64,000 nucleotides of DNA from Trichosphaerium sp. ATCC 40318 (taxonomy: Eukaryota; Protista; Tubulinea), in NCBI GenBank assembly GCA_038496445.1, contig JALMLS010000626.1, forward strand, positions 10,675 through 74,674, given 5' to 3'. A program made the translations under genes and the position numbers. Positions 39,287-52,906 of the stretch are shown piece by piece. The notes below the pieces were generated by a model. It was not told the origin of the DNA. It made no database searches and saw only the letters and a program-made list of their open reading frames with translations. Position 1 is the first letter of the stretch. Each line of letters opens with the position of its first letter.

Positions 39287-42200
39287 ATGGAATACTTTAA
39301 GGACCGTAACGCCAACAACCCTGAGTCTTTAATAGACATTACAACTCGGCGTGCGTTTTCTTATTGACATTAATAGTCACAAAACGTTTAAATAACACCT
39401 TAGGCATCCTCAAGGAGATTATTATCGATACCAAAACTGCAGATGATTTTGCTGTACTTGTACTAGACTCAGTAACGACGCCAATAGTCTCTGCTTGCTG
39501 TAACATGAAAGAGGTAACGAGGGCGGGTATCGCAGGTCCGTGTGGTTAACTAATTTACTTTTTTTTGTTTTCGGTTTACACGTTGCTCAGACATTTGCCC
39601 ATGCGCACCTTCGTCGTTTTATTGCAACAGCGATTGTTAATTCTTCCGTAGTTATCGAAAGTATTGATAAGAAGCGCCAACCACTTCCTCGTGATGCCAT
39701 ATACTTTGTGGCGCCTACCAAAGCGACCATTGATAGTATAAACAAGGATTTCGAAAACGCATCTCGTCCACTCTACAAAAAGATACATGTCTACTTTACA
39801 GCGCGTACGGTGCAACAAAACCAATTGTACCCTAATTACTGACATGAATGCATTTAGATCTAAGCGAAAGTTTGTTAAATGTCCTCAGTCAATCTCGTGC
39901 AATGGCATACATTAAGACTTTCAAGGTTTGTAGCTCTTACAGCTTTACAATCAAAGTTGTCACCTGTTCTTATTCTCTTTATTTTTGTAAACGTCTAACA
40001 CAACAATATGTAGGAGGTAAATATGGAGTACTTGGCGGTAGAAAGACAAGTCTTTCATTTGAATATGGACAATAGTTTTTTTAACATATTTTCTCAAGTA
40101 CCATCGCAAGCTGAACGCAAACAAACGTACACAACAATAGCTACACGTGTAAGTTAACCTAATTCTTTTTTTTTTTGCAACAAAAACTGAACATATTTCG
40201 TTGCTAACAATCCATTACATAGCTTGCTTCTGCATGTGCCAGTTTGAGTGAATTTCCGTCTATTCGTCATTCTAAGTCTACTGCTGCTTCTAGTATAGCC
40301 AGTCAGGTACGTTATTACTAAATCCTTGTGATGTCCTTCACTCACGGTTTTTTTTAGGTATCTAAGAGCTTGGAGACTATGAAAAATACTATTGATAAAC
40401 CTCTTTCGACTAAGTCTACAATGCTCATTCTAGATCGTACTGAGGATCTTGTAGCACCATTGGTAGGGTTTTTTACGCTTTTTCTTCTCGTTGTTGTAAT
40501 AAGGTTAACACTTTTCAGATACATGACTTTACTTTACAAGCGATGGCAATGGATCTATTACCAATAGAAAAGAATATCATTCAATGGTCTTACAATGCTC
40601 AAAACGGTGAGGAGGTAGTGAAAGAGTCTATTCTAGATGAAAAGGATCCTTTATGGACTAACATAAGGTAATGTATTATTCTCCAAGCGAGTTTTTTTGT
40701 TGACATTTTTTGTTGTATTTTAGACACCTCCACATTTCTCAGACTAGTAAGTTCCTTGAGGAAAAGATTATGCCTTTGATTGTCAACAATGCTGTAATGA
40801 ATAGAAGAAAAAATAAGCAAAAAGAATCGATCACTGGCGAGGTACGTTTGAACTAGTTACTTCAAAAAAAAAAGTTTTTGACAGTGTTGTTCAGAAAGGA
40901 AAGGTATCTGCAAGCGAACTGGAACAAATTCTTCGTTTTTCTGCAAAGTACAACAAGTACTCTGAAAAGGTAATTTATTTGGTCTCTTCTATTTTTAATG
41001 GCTGTTTTTGGGCGTTTTGACGCTGGTTTTTATTAATTTGTTTTTGTTTAGTATACTCAACATAAAGAACTTGCACGTCAGTGTATGTCAAGTTATAAAG
41101 AAAAACAGCTTAGTGCTGTTGGTAAACTTGAGCAAAATCTTGCAACTGGACAACGTGTTGATAATAATAAGCTAAGCACGTTTAACGTAGAAAGAGATGG
41201 TAAATTTGAAGATGCATTAATTAATGTTGATATCTCGTACGTGTTGTTTCGAGGCGCCACTCAACATTATAACAATGTGAATAATTTTTTTTTAACTTTT
41301 TTTAGGCAATCTGACAAGTTGCGATTATTACTCTTACTCCACATAACTGTGGATGATAAACTCACTGTCAACCAAATTATGGAAGATACAAAGAGCTCAT
41401 CTCAAACCAAGGCGCTCATAAAGAGCATCACAGCATTGAAGCGTTTATCCAAAATAAAGGTATGTGTAGACTTACCTAAAATTTTATTCTCAGTCATCAA
41501 CATAAACTGGCAGCTGCCTTTTTTTTTATCCAAAGCTTGTGCACTTTTTAGGCCATTTGTGTGAGTGGTGAACAACTTTTTTAGTTCTTTTTTTTGTACA
41601 ATAGAAGACGCTAAAACTTATATGTATTATTAAAGGATCACAAAAGAAAGACAGGAAACAATTGGCAGTATGTTCTCTCAAGATTTCGTCCAGCTGTTTA
41701 TGATATATTAAACGACCTTGCGGATGATAATTTAGATACACGTTTGTACCCTGGTCTCAATAATTTCATACCAACAAGAAATGAAGGTAAACGAACAAAT
41801 TCCGATGTCACTTTTCAAGATTGTCTATTTTTACATTAATCTAGGTGCCAAGGCACAGAAAAAAAGTAATACTGGTGGCGGTAAGAGCAAGCGTTCTAAA
41901 AAGCTTGGTGGAAAATATGACACTGAAGAGAAGGTTGACGTGCGTTCAGATTATGTTTTGTTCAAACCAAACGTCTTTTCACAATCACAAAAAAAAAGCC
42001 TGCTTTATTATTGCTTCTCACACTATCCTTTCACTAGTCAACCTTCAAGAGTGATGCACCACGTATTATATGCTTTGTAGCTGGTGGTATCACATACGGT
42101 GAGATACGTTCTGTTTATGAACTATCCAAGCGTCACAGCATTCCTATTTTTATTGGTACACGTTTTTTTTTTCTTGTTTCTTCAAAAAAAAATCTGAAAT

Positions 42201-42354
42201 GCTGACTCCAAACTTAGGTTCAACAGAAATAATAACCCCAAAAAGGTTTGTAAACCTTCTTGAGTCACTACAAAAGGATGCGCCAGTGGGAGAACGCGCG
42301 ACACCACATACTGTGCCAGAATCTTCCGAGTCATTTACAAGCGACTTTAACTAA
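39287..42354 (+). CDS. Sec1/Munc18 (SM) family protein
   Basis: VLVLDSVTTPIVSACC, KRQPLPRDAIYFVAPT, LILDRTEDLVAPL|IHDFTLQAM, LEQNLATG, CFVAGGITYGEIR. Confidence 0.95.
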
Positions 42355-42767
42355 ACAAGGTAACAGCTAAAGGCAAATGTAGACTATCAATTTTTTTTGG
42401 ATTAAACTTGAATAAAAAGTGGATACGAAAAGTTACATAGTTCGTGTTTTTTACGATAAACCGAAAATAGGTTATTCACAACTAGCGTGATAGTTCCTTT
42501 CAGTAGCGAAGGTGTGATTTACAACAAACAATTTGTTCCATAATGATATCATTTTAAGCTGTCAATTTTTTTTCCAAGTAGTCTGCAGTATTTTGTGGTT
42601 TAAAACAACGCCAGCCTAGTTTTTAGTAGTGGCGCTATTATTCAGGGAACATATTTGTGTTCGTTAGGGCTCAGTTTGTTTGTGTTTACAGCCTTGTTTC
42701 AATTGTAATTTTATTTATTCAATTTTGGGTTTTTTAGAGTGATGAAAGTTGAAAAAATTTATTTGTG

Positions 42768-43818
42768 CTACTGCAATGTACAGGCCCATGCTACAGCGTC
42801 TATACAGATAGCAAAAGTTCGTGATTTCAGTGCCATTGTTTCTTTAAAACCATTACATGTCCACTCCCATTCAACGAGGCGTTCAATAGCTAACATGTTT
42901 CTAACCTCCTTTGTTACAGCTGCCCAACGAGCCTTTTCGTTGGCACGAACGGTAAACCGCCAAGCTCTCCCTTTTTTTCTCGTGTCCAGCATCTTTACCC
43001 ATCTGTAAACTCCATTAGGAGAATGAAGCGTAGAACTAAAATATTGCTGTGCACACATAAAGTGATTTTATGTTTTTACATTTTTTCACACACTTGATCT
43101 CGCTTACCTCGAGAGTGATCTATATGTGGAGTAAGCGTTCGTTGGTCTCTTTCGTTTTTCGCTTGAAAATACGTTCAGGGCTAACATAAACGATTCGTGA
43201 TTGCTACAAGCGCGTAAGCATAATGGTGACTTTGCTATTACCGTTACGTTACTTGAAACAATTGCTCATGAAAGCAAATTTCTCTTACAGGTAAAACGCC
43301 AAGTTGTAATACTGTAGCCATGCACAGAGCGTAAAGCACTGGTCGAGTATTCTTACCGCAAAACTTTCTCAAACACTCGTCATACTCCAAATTGAAGAGC
43401 TCCAGTGGATCCTAGATTACAAAACATGAAGGTTAGCCTCCGCTGTTTGCCGTAAAAACATTCACTTTGGAATTAAAAAAAAGCGAACAAAAAAAGATAT
43501 GTGTCGTTTCGGAAACGGAGGGATCCATCACGTGATTAAAAACTATGCATAGTTTGCTTTTTTTGTTTTGTTTTGTTTCGTTTTTTTTTGTACCAAACTT
43601 CGTACGGTTGGTTTCTGTTCTTTGTTCTTTTTTTCGTTACACGTGTCTAGATGTATTTTAGTCATGGTGCTCAGCTCAGGTACGCCCAAGGAAGTAGGAT
43701 GTAAAACCGTTTCGAAAGGATTCATTGGTGGTTTAGTTGGCTGAAAAGACAAAATTTTGATTGGAAATGAGTTGGTTAACTTAATGGTCTCGACACGTGG
43801 TTGTTCTCTTGTTTTCAT
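42768..43818 (-). CDS. Hypothetical protein
   Basis: Four exons with GT-AG introns join in frame (MKTREQP..KPTVRSL|DPLELF..LFQ|QSRIVYVSP..|..IDAVAWACTLQ*). No family recognised. Confidence 0.55.
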
Positions 43819-44705
43819 TATTTTTAAACAGTACCATTGTTTAAGGTTAAATAATAGTACCTAGCACAAGCAGTCAAAGAAGGAGGTAAAAAGATTTTGT
43901 TTTGCCAGCCAATTTTCGTTGTACACAATAAATTGTGATTCTTTTTTTTTCACTAGTTGTGTGGAGAATCTCTGCGATTTGAAACAACGTTTAAGGTCAT
44001 AATACGATACCTGATAGATGGGAGACCCCTATAGGAGCGTTATCTAGCTCACAAAAGCACCTCAGTTCGATTCTTGTTTAAATTAGCTGGCCCTTCCTGT
44101 CCGGAGAGCTTTTTCACGAAACACTTTGCCCTAGCGCGTCTACGACGCCTCTGTGGTTAAATAAGCGCTGCCCTCACTACTTTGAATCGATGGGTGCTTC
44201 CTTTACCAAGCGGGTGGCGAGTTACATTGTCAGCCATAAGATAAACACTATGCTTACAAGTACGGCAAAATTTATTTTTCAATAATAGAAAAACGATAAA
44301 AAGGTAAAAGGCTACACGATTCTTTTTAATATCACGTGCCTTGAGCGTGTATCTATCGTTTTTTCAACGTATGAGGGCGACTTGAATACATGAAGGATTC
44401 GGAGTGTTTTTAGCCCGTTAACTTATGATACAAGTTGTTTAGCCTTTTGGGGAGCTATCTACGGAGAGGTATTCTTGCCGTGATGCCAAAGGTGAAGTAG
44501 AAACGCAATAATGAAAAAAATTAAATCAGCGCAATGTGTATTGGTGTATTGAATCATCAACAAAAAATACAATTGCAACTTGCGTTAACGGGATTAATTC
44601 AAAACTAGTATTTTTTTTTTGTTTTTGTTGTCCAAGCGTTCACATTATCTGTGAACTATATTTTGGTTGTATTTACTAAGTATATAGCTAGTATCTACAC
44701 AATAT

Positions 44706-47395
44706 CTATCGCTGTCGCTGGGGCCATTAGGTGCTTTGTTGATCCCACCCCTAAAACCGATTAATATTAAAAACAGCCTGAGCACACTTTTTTTTTGCTA
44801 ATGATTACCTAGCGCTTCGAGAGGGTCCACTGTTGTCAAGGGGGTTGTGCCAATACCTTCAACCAACCTCATTGATGTATCAACAGCATTGATCGTTGCA
44901 GCTAGCTGCTCTGGTGTACCATCCCACCAATAAGGTATTAACACGAGCTTGATACCTACGAGATTACTCTTAGTAATTTTCGTTTTACTAATATTTTCCG
45001 TACCTCTATCTGTGCATACTTGTAACTTCTCTGCGTCTCTACAAACTTGAAGAGCTAGAGGAGGGCTGTGTGGGGTCACTTGATCAAGAAAATGTTGTTC
45101 ACCTGTACAAAATGAATAAACTGAACTAGTAAAAGACTCTTACCTTGATACTCCAATGCAATATCGTATGTTGGTATAAACACATCCACAGATAGTGAGC
45201 GCCCTGTAGAAGGTCTGATACCGATAATATGTTCTTCTAGAATCGCTAAAGGAGCTAGCAAGCGACGGACGCACTGAACCATGTACCTGTCATAATTTTA
45301 ATCAAATTAGAAAAAAAACAGTCGGAAAAGAAAAAAAAAGGTGAACTGTACCTCTGCTTTGATTTTTTGTTAAACACGCTGAATTTATCCCATTCCCAAT
45401 CATGATTCATGCCAGAGAATCGTAGCATCCTTGGAAAGTATCTCCGAACGCCTGCACCGCCAACACTTACAATGTCTTGCTCTGACACTCGATACCTTAA
45501 AAAGCTATGAGACTTCTTTGTTTTGCTGCCATTCGCTGTACCATGCTTCTGGGCTATCAATTCTTAGTTGCTTTTTAGCTCTCGTGAAGAAATTCTCGAA
45601 AGATCCAGCTCGCAACCAGTAGTCCGTTTGGTGTTTTTTACTATTAAATAAATTTATGTGTCAGTTTTGTTTTACTTTTAAAGCGGTATGCTTCGTAACG
45701 CACGCAAAATTCCATGAGTATCTATGGTAAACAATACGTAGAGCATTTTGAAATGATGATCCAACGCTAAAATATGTTGTCAGTGACTATAGGTAACGAA
45801 AGCTAAAGAGGCACAAAACTTACGCTTTTATGGTATTAAACATAGGTGCGACATCATTGGACGTAGCGTTGTACCACCCACTGAGATCTTTTATATCCAG
45901 TTTATATGCTAGAGTATCGAATTCCTTGCGCGCTTGAGATATCCAGACGCTCTGGGTAGGCGTACTAAGAGGAAAAAGGCAAGTCAGCAAATAGGTTAAC
46001 AGAACTAGGTAGTTTTCCCAAAAAAAACGTGTACATAAACTTTTCACGTTGCCAAGCTTCTTTTGGGTAGATTGTTTTCAATGCACTGTATATGGAGCGG
46101 TCATATCTGAATAATAAACAACGTCAATAGGGTAGTTCAAGATTGTTAAAAACCAAGAGATTCCAATGAAAAACCTTACTTTTCTAAAACAGGTTTTCCT
46201 CCTACAGCATTTATATCTTGTGGTAACAAGTTATACCACCCTTCAATATTACTTATATCCAAAGTTTGTTTAATGTCATCAAAGAGCGCTTTTTGGTTTT
46301 TCTTATCGTCCCAGTAACCACGTGCGTTACGTCTAAACAACATCAAAAAATGCAGGAAAAAAAAAAGCAAAGTAACATACGCAAATTTATGTTCTTTCCA
46401 ATCAAGCTCAGGGTAAAGATTTGACAATGTCAAGAATATAGAGTCATCATATCTGGCGAGGACGGATTGACCACCTCGTTTGGTAATATCTGCATGGAGT
46501 ATATTATACCAGTCTGTGAGTACTTTGACGCCAAGTTCTTGACCTATTTGTTGCATCTTTTTTTTCCGCAAGCCCTCGTCATCCCAAAAACCACGTGGGG
46601 AATTACTGAAATAATCAGAACGTTGTATGCAAAAATGGTTCATTTTGTTGCCAACAATAAAAAATATTGACAAGAAAACAGTAATGTTACTTCATATTAA
46701 TTAAAATCACGTGCCTGAACATATCGATAATCCATTTCTTTCTTGGATACATAGCACACAGTGTTCTGTAGATTGATCCTTGGTATCTATCAAACACTGT
46801 AAGAACATCTCAGGTCAGTGCTTTTAATCTATTTGCACCTGTTTGTCAAGATGCTTTGTGCACCGTGTTCGGTTAGATTTTTATAGGTTACACTGTACCA
46901 ATCATCTAGTTCTTTAACGCCAAGGCTCTGTCCAATACTGTCAAATTTATCTCGTTGGTTTTTAATACTATTCCAGTGGTATTGAGGAACATTCCTGGTG
47001 CGTTGTTAGCATCTTTTAAGGTGTCAAGCGAAAAACGAACTTGAATTTCCATGCCCAAGAGTGAAGTGGGTACAAGTGTAATAAGACTCGAGATATGGAA
47101 CCATTGTACCTACACAGTTACCATTAGCGTCTTGCTGTGTAGAAAAACTATAAAATGACATACTTAGTTGCTAGGACAGCCCCATGCTGCGCAAATCGCT
47201 CAGTTGATACGCTGTACCACTCATCTAGGTGCTTTACGTCCAACCGTTCGCCAATTGCATCTAATTTCGCTCGTTGATTTGTTTTACTATCCCAAAAACG
47301 ATTTCTGGCGCGCCTGGGCGCGAATTAGCATATACATAAGATAATAAGTTACAAATACGCTTACGTACCCTACTGTACGCATGCTTGCGCGTCAT
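44706..47395 (-). CDS. Trp-rich repeat protein (6 repeats) with C-terminal PD-(D/E)xK / DUF559-like nuclease domain, copy B
   Basis: Repeat cores LDEWY, LDDWY, LTDWY, IEGWY, LSGWY, EAWY. C-terminus LSVDVFIPTYDIALEYQG|EQHF..RDAEKLQVCTDR|GIKLVLIPYWWDG. Start is uncertain. Confidence 0.82.
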
Positions 47396-47493
47396 GACCA
47401 CGTTACCTAACAATGCGAAGATATTTTAGCACGTGTGGCAAAATAAAACTAGTAACACGGCTGATGGTACTTTTTTGGGCGCACACTTAACTT

Positions 47494-47513
47494 ATTGCAC
47501 GTGCACGTGCAAT
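47494..47513. promoter_or_regulatory. Perfect 20 bp palindrome containing two CACGTG boxes in a divergent intergenic gap
   Basis: attgcacgtgcacgtgcaat lies between copy B and the ADPRH start codon. Confidence 0.4.
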
Positions 47514-47629
47514 CAAACACACTTTGCTTTCGCTAATGAAAAAGATTTACAGTAAACAAACGCTTTTTCGCGTGCTTAAGTGTTTATTGTTAAAAAAACA
47601 ACGCAAACACGCACGCACCACGTAATACA

Positions 47630-49653
47630 ATGGAAGTGGTACAACAAAAAGGTACAATAGCAAAAGTGGTTGGTTCCACTAATATTTTATACAGAGGTAA
47701 GTATGCTTGAGCGTTTCGTGGCATCTATTGTATTGGCGGGCGTAGGAGATGCTATAGGTGCGTTATTACTCGGTTTTACGATTGTTATTTATGACAACCG
47801 CTACAGGGTATCACAATGGCGCCTGGGAGTTTGAATATTCAGGTACTTTGATTTAATACAAACATAAACAATTAATTTAATAACGGCGCCAGGCATCCAG
47901 GTTCACAAGGAGTTGAAGCGTAAGTACGGCACAACTGATGATATAGAAGTCGAATCTCTAACGGTATCCGATGATCAGGTAACATCACAAACCTGTAATT
48001 ACAACTCATTGAATGGTTTTTTGTCCTCCTAGGTGATGCACCTAGCAACTGCAGAAGCTCTTGTTGGTGCGATTTTTAAGAAAATGTTGGCTGACAGGAC
48101 GTGTAGAGTCACAAAATGCTGAAGAAAGAGAAGACGTTTACAAGGCATTAGCACGTCACTATGTGCTTAGTTTCGATGATATGGGAGGTCGTGCACCAGG
48201 TACGCCATCACGAGAACAGTGTTAAATTGACATAATGCAGGCCCAACTACAGGTTTGTCAGTGAGTCAATTACAACGGGATACATGGGACAGTGCGCTTT
48301 TTTTCTTTCTTTAATTCTCTCCTTACGTGCTATTTCAAATACGTCGGTAGGTATACGGTATAGCCCCAGTGGTGGAGGATGTGGCGCATCTATGAGATCT
48401 ATGTGCATCGGCTTGTTTTACTGTGGTGAAGCACAGGTATCAATTCTTTCTTGAAGACTCCATTTTATCTCACTCTTTTAACAGCGTGATCAATTGATAG
48501 CTGTAGCTATTGAAAGCGGTCGACTAACACATAACCACCCTACTGGATTCTTTGGCTCATTAGTATCGTAAGTACATACAGGCTCTAACGAGATGTATAA
48601 AGAAGCTAACTGATTTTTTCTATCAAGTGCCTTATTCACTTCATATGCTATTGAGGGTATTCCTGTTGTAGGTGCGGTTTTTCTCATGTTTTCTTGAAAT
48701 GGAGTTGACACGTTATATTGTTTAGAATGGGGAAGATGCTTATTACGTTTGTTGCCAAGGGCATACGCATATTTGAAAACAATGGAGAGAGATTGGGGTG
48801 AATACCAAAAAGACTTACGTGTCTTTGAAAGGTACTGGATAGAATACCTCAATCTCCGATGTATTGCTAAAGATGTAAGTTGAAAGTACTACTTACGTGC
48901 TTATCTATACTTACAAAACCTGCCTAAGAACGAAAATGTCCCTAAGTTTCCAGAAGCTTATGGTGTAAAGGAACGAGACGCTTATTACAAATCTATCTCA
49001 TATGCAGGCTGGGGTGGTATGTATACTCAAAACACATGTCTTCTTTTACATAGTACTAATACTTGGAAATAAATAGGTGCTTCAGGACATGATAGTGTCA
49101 TAATTGCATACGATGCTTTGTTAGGAGCTGGAAATGATTTTGGAGAATTGCTTAAACGAGGTGCTTTGCATGGAGGTGATAGTGATTCTACTGGGTACCC
49201 TTTTGTGGCAGTCTTTTTTGAACTAACTGATATTAAAGTGTCATCGCTTGTAGCTGGTGGGGAGCTATACATGGTTTTAAAGGCAAGTCGAAAAAAGCAA
49301 AAAAAAACAACAAGTTGTTGAAGTCTGCTGTTGACTTGTATCCGTAGGTGTCTCAGGGAAAAATTATAAGAAGCTTGAGTATCGATACAGAGCACAAGAG
49401 GTACTGCCAATAAGATTAGATAACTGTTTTTGTATTAATGGCTTCGCAGTTGGGAATCTTGTTTTACAAGAGACATGCTGAGCGTCTTGGTTGTAATAAA
49501 GATGATAAGCTTCCAGAAGATTTAATTGCTTTGCCTCCAAAGCGAGGACAAGATGCTGATCTCGACGTTTTGATGAGCGAAGATTCAATAGACTCAGATA
49601 AGACTGAAGAAATCAATAAAACATCAACTGGAGATAAAAAAGAAGAACATTAG
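47630..49653 (+). CDS. ADPRH: ADP-ribosylarginine hydrolase (ARH1-like)
   Basis: LAGVGDAI|GY, TVSDDQ|[46 protein letters not shown]; about 15 introns. Confidence 0.93.
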
Positions 49654-50002
49654 CTTGTTTGCAAGAATTACAGTAAATAAACCTTTCGTGTTCAAAGACT
49701 GAAACCGCTCGAACTTGAGTTCTTTGTTCGTCGTGCGGTTGCTAAATAAACAACAAGTTGTACATACTAGGAACTCGTTTTACGTTTTTAGTTTTTGAAG
49801 GCAAGACCAAATTGGGCGCGTCGTTATCAGTGCTACAACCTTCTACGCATAATGCTATGTTACCCAATGGCGTACGATTAGAGTATAACTCGTTAAGCGA
49901 CATTTGTATTCTTTTGTTTTGTTTCAGTGTTGGGAAATGTGATTATTTATTACAAAAAAGAAACCTTACAACGCGTTTACACATGTACAAAGACTTAGTG
50001 CG

Positions 50003-52906
50003 ATGACAGAACCTCCATCCCAAGCATACACAATAGTTACAACCATTGGGCTAGCCTGGGAAATAGTTTTCTCGTTAATTGCTTGCGCATGCGTCGTTTG
50101 TAACACTTTACGTACAAAATACGATGGAAAGTGGTGGGAGGTTTTTTTCTACGCGCTGGTTGCCGCCCACGCAATTTGTACGTCACCTAGCAGCTACATT
50201 TTCACTTTTCTTGTCACGCAAATTTCCAGTTTTACTCTATTTCTCTCGTTATGCGCCACACCGCGTTAATACCATGTAATACTTGGTAACAATAACCGTC
50301 TGAATATCCTTTAGTAAATTCTGTCTTCTTATTCTTGTCACGAGACAATTTAGAAGCAGATATACTGTCTCTACTACCACCAGCCATATGGGTGGCGATT
50401 TGTATCATATTTATAAATTACTGGTACGTTTTTCTGTTTTTTTATGAAATGTTTTTGGCCTTTTTGTAGGTTCTTTCTTTTTTTGTTTTTCTCTACGTAC
50501 AGACACATGGATAACAAGATGACTCCCTTATTTTTTTTATTCTTTTAGGGCCAGGATTAAATTTGAATCAATACGTAAGCAAAGGTGGTTTTACGCCACA
50601 GCAGCGACTTCTTTAGTAACAGTATTGATAGTGATTGGCGTACAGGTTCGCCAAAACAAAAAAAACTCTTTGAAAAAACTTAAGATCAACAAAGTCTTTA
50701 GGTACTCATTTTCGAGTTACTACACGACGAGGAGAATACAAGTATGATTTACAGCGTATCAGCCGGCTTTCTAGCCGTTTTTTATTGTATTATCGCTGCA
50801 ATCACCCTCACATTTGCTGTTATTGTTTGGCCGCTTTTGAATGTCTCTATACATGGAAAATCAGCGGTGAGTAACTCCTCGCTTTTTTTTACCTTGACGC
50901 TGCTCTATGAGCGTAGCACGACAATTCCGATTTTTTTCCAAATGTGTCAAGTGTCATCCACATTTTGTTGTTTTATAAACTTACAAATTGATTGTAGTGG
51001 ATCACTCTCACATGTTTGTTCTTTTTGTGTACATTATTCCGTGCTATAAATGATTTCTTGGGCGGTGTAATAAAGCTGCAGTATCCACTAAATCCAACAA
51101 ACTCAAACGCAGCTCTTTTAATCCAAGAAGGTGCAAATCATTTACAACAAGAAAAAAGAAAAAAATTACTAGAGGTAATACTGATATCATTGCTGTAGGA
51201 ATACCCCAGATGTGCCTTATTATACTAAGATCCTCGTATATATTTAATATGGCAACTATTGGCGGAGATGAAGCACAAAATTCACGTGTACCTTCAGTAA
51301 ACAGTTACGGGAATGGTACGAACGGTACATCTATTATTTCATCGTCGAAAAAGATGCCCTTAACAATTGTTTTGCCTTATGTACTTGTAGATATTATCTC
51401 CCTCAGAAACTCCATGAACGGTGATGGCAAACATACTAGTCAACGCGCAGGACCTCATAATCCAAAATACGACGAAAAAGATTACTTGCTAGGACCTGAT
51501 GACAATACATCAAAACTCGTTGTTGGTACGGAATTCGTAAGTAACTGAAGGCGTTTAAACTCAATTTTTCAGCACTACGCGATGATCCTAGTGTAGGATT
51601 CATAGATATGGACAGTCTCAAACTAGTCAAGAAAGTTGGGAAAGGAGCTACTGGCCAAGTGCGTCTCATTGTTCTAACCAATACCCAAAAAACTTGTTTA
51701 ACTCTTTACTAGGTGTGGGAGGGCGTATGGGATGATACCACACGCGTGGCTATTAAAACATTAATGGAGAGGTCCAAGAGGTATGAAAAATTCGGTTTGA
51801 GATTTTCTAAATAAACTGGCAGTCGAATGAAAGAAAAGGATGCAAGAAGTCTCATCAAAGAAATAAAATTATTGAGCAGTGTACAACATAATAACATAAT
51901 ACGATGCTTTGGAGCATCTGCTCAAGCTGAAACAGTATATCTAGTAATGGAATTCGCACCAGGTCAGTTCTACAGCCCTTTAGGAGCTTTTTTTGTTGAA
52001 TTTTGAAAAAAACTTTATGCCCTATACCTACGTAGCTTACACGTGATTTTCTAACATGAATTTTAATACTTGCTGTAATCAATACTTACCCCACATAGGA
52101 GGTAGCCTTGGACAACTATTGGATAAGAAAAATAAACTCCCTAGAGAAGCTATTGTACAAATTGCTTATCAGACAGCTTCGGGCTTGAGTTATCTCCATT
52201 CTCCTAAAATAAGCATCATTCATCGCGATTTGAAGCCTGATAATCTACTTGTACGCACAGGAGGCACTCACATCCCATCTATAACTCACATCGCTTTAGT
52301 TTGGTGCAAACAACGAAATTAAAATAGCAGATTTTGGAAGTGCCAAACTTGAAAGAAATACAAAGCGCTTCACGCTAAATCCTGGATTTACGCCAATCTA
52401 CACAGCGCCTGAAATGGGTAGAGAGTTTAGTGAAGATGGCGTACAGCCTGATTACGGCTTTGCTGTTGATGTTTATTGTACGTTTGCCCATTTTGAGAAA
52501 AGAGCAGTAGGAGCTTACTTTTCCAAAGCGTTTGGAGTTATATTGTACCAAATGATAACAGGCAAGGAGCCCTTTGAAGGAAGGCAATTTTTAGAGGTAA
52601 GACAAACCACGTAGAATGTAAGGAAATTTAATAGGGATTAGGTTTTTGTGGCTATGGTCAATAACAACCTCAAACTACTTGATGAATTTGTTATCCCAGA
52701 TGAATTCCCAGAGCTTGGTGAATTAACTCAAAGGTACCATTGGTTTTATTAGCTAGCATACCATTCTTTGTTTTTCGGTTGGGTGCTTACCTAAGATTAT
52801 TAGCTGTATAGATCCCGATCCAAATGTTCGAATGACAAGTAAAGCTATTGCTTTATCTCTTCAAGAAGATTATAAACAAGCAAAGTCCTTTGTTATAGAA
52901 TTGTAA
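50003..52906 (+). CDS. Multi-pass (about 7TM) membrane domain fused to a TKL-type protein kinase
   Basis: About 7 hydrophobic segments at 50003-51250 splice into VGKGATGQ|VWEG..VAIK..IIHRDLKPDNLL..DFG..YTAPE..DVY|SFG. Confidence 0.85.

Noticed and set aside
43505-43525. SRP RNA helix-8-like string tcggaaacggag
   Set aside because: Flanking CAGG/AGCAG and the rest of the SRP structure are missing, and it lies within an intron.
42768-43818. RuvC/A22-like resolvase suggested by HEQ..VYVSP..IDAVAWA
   Set aside because: The first catalytic beta-strand Asp motif is not identifiable in the spliced model.
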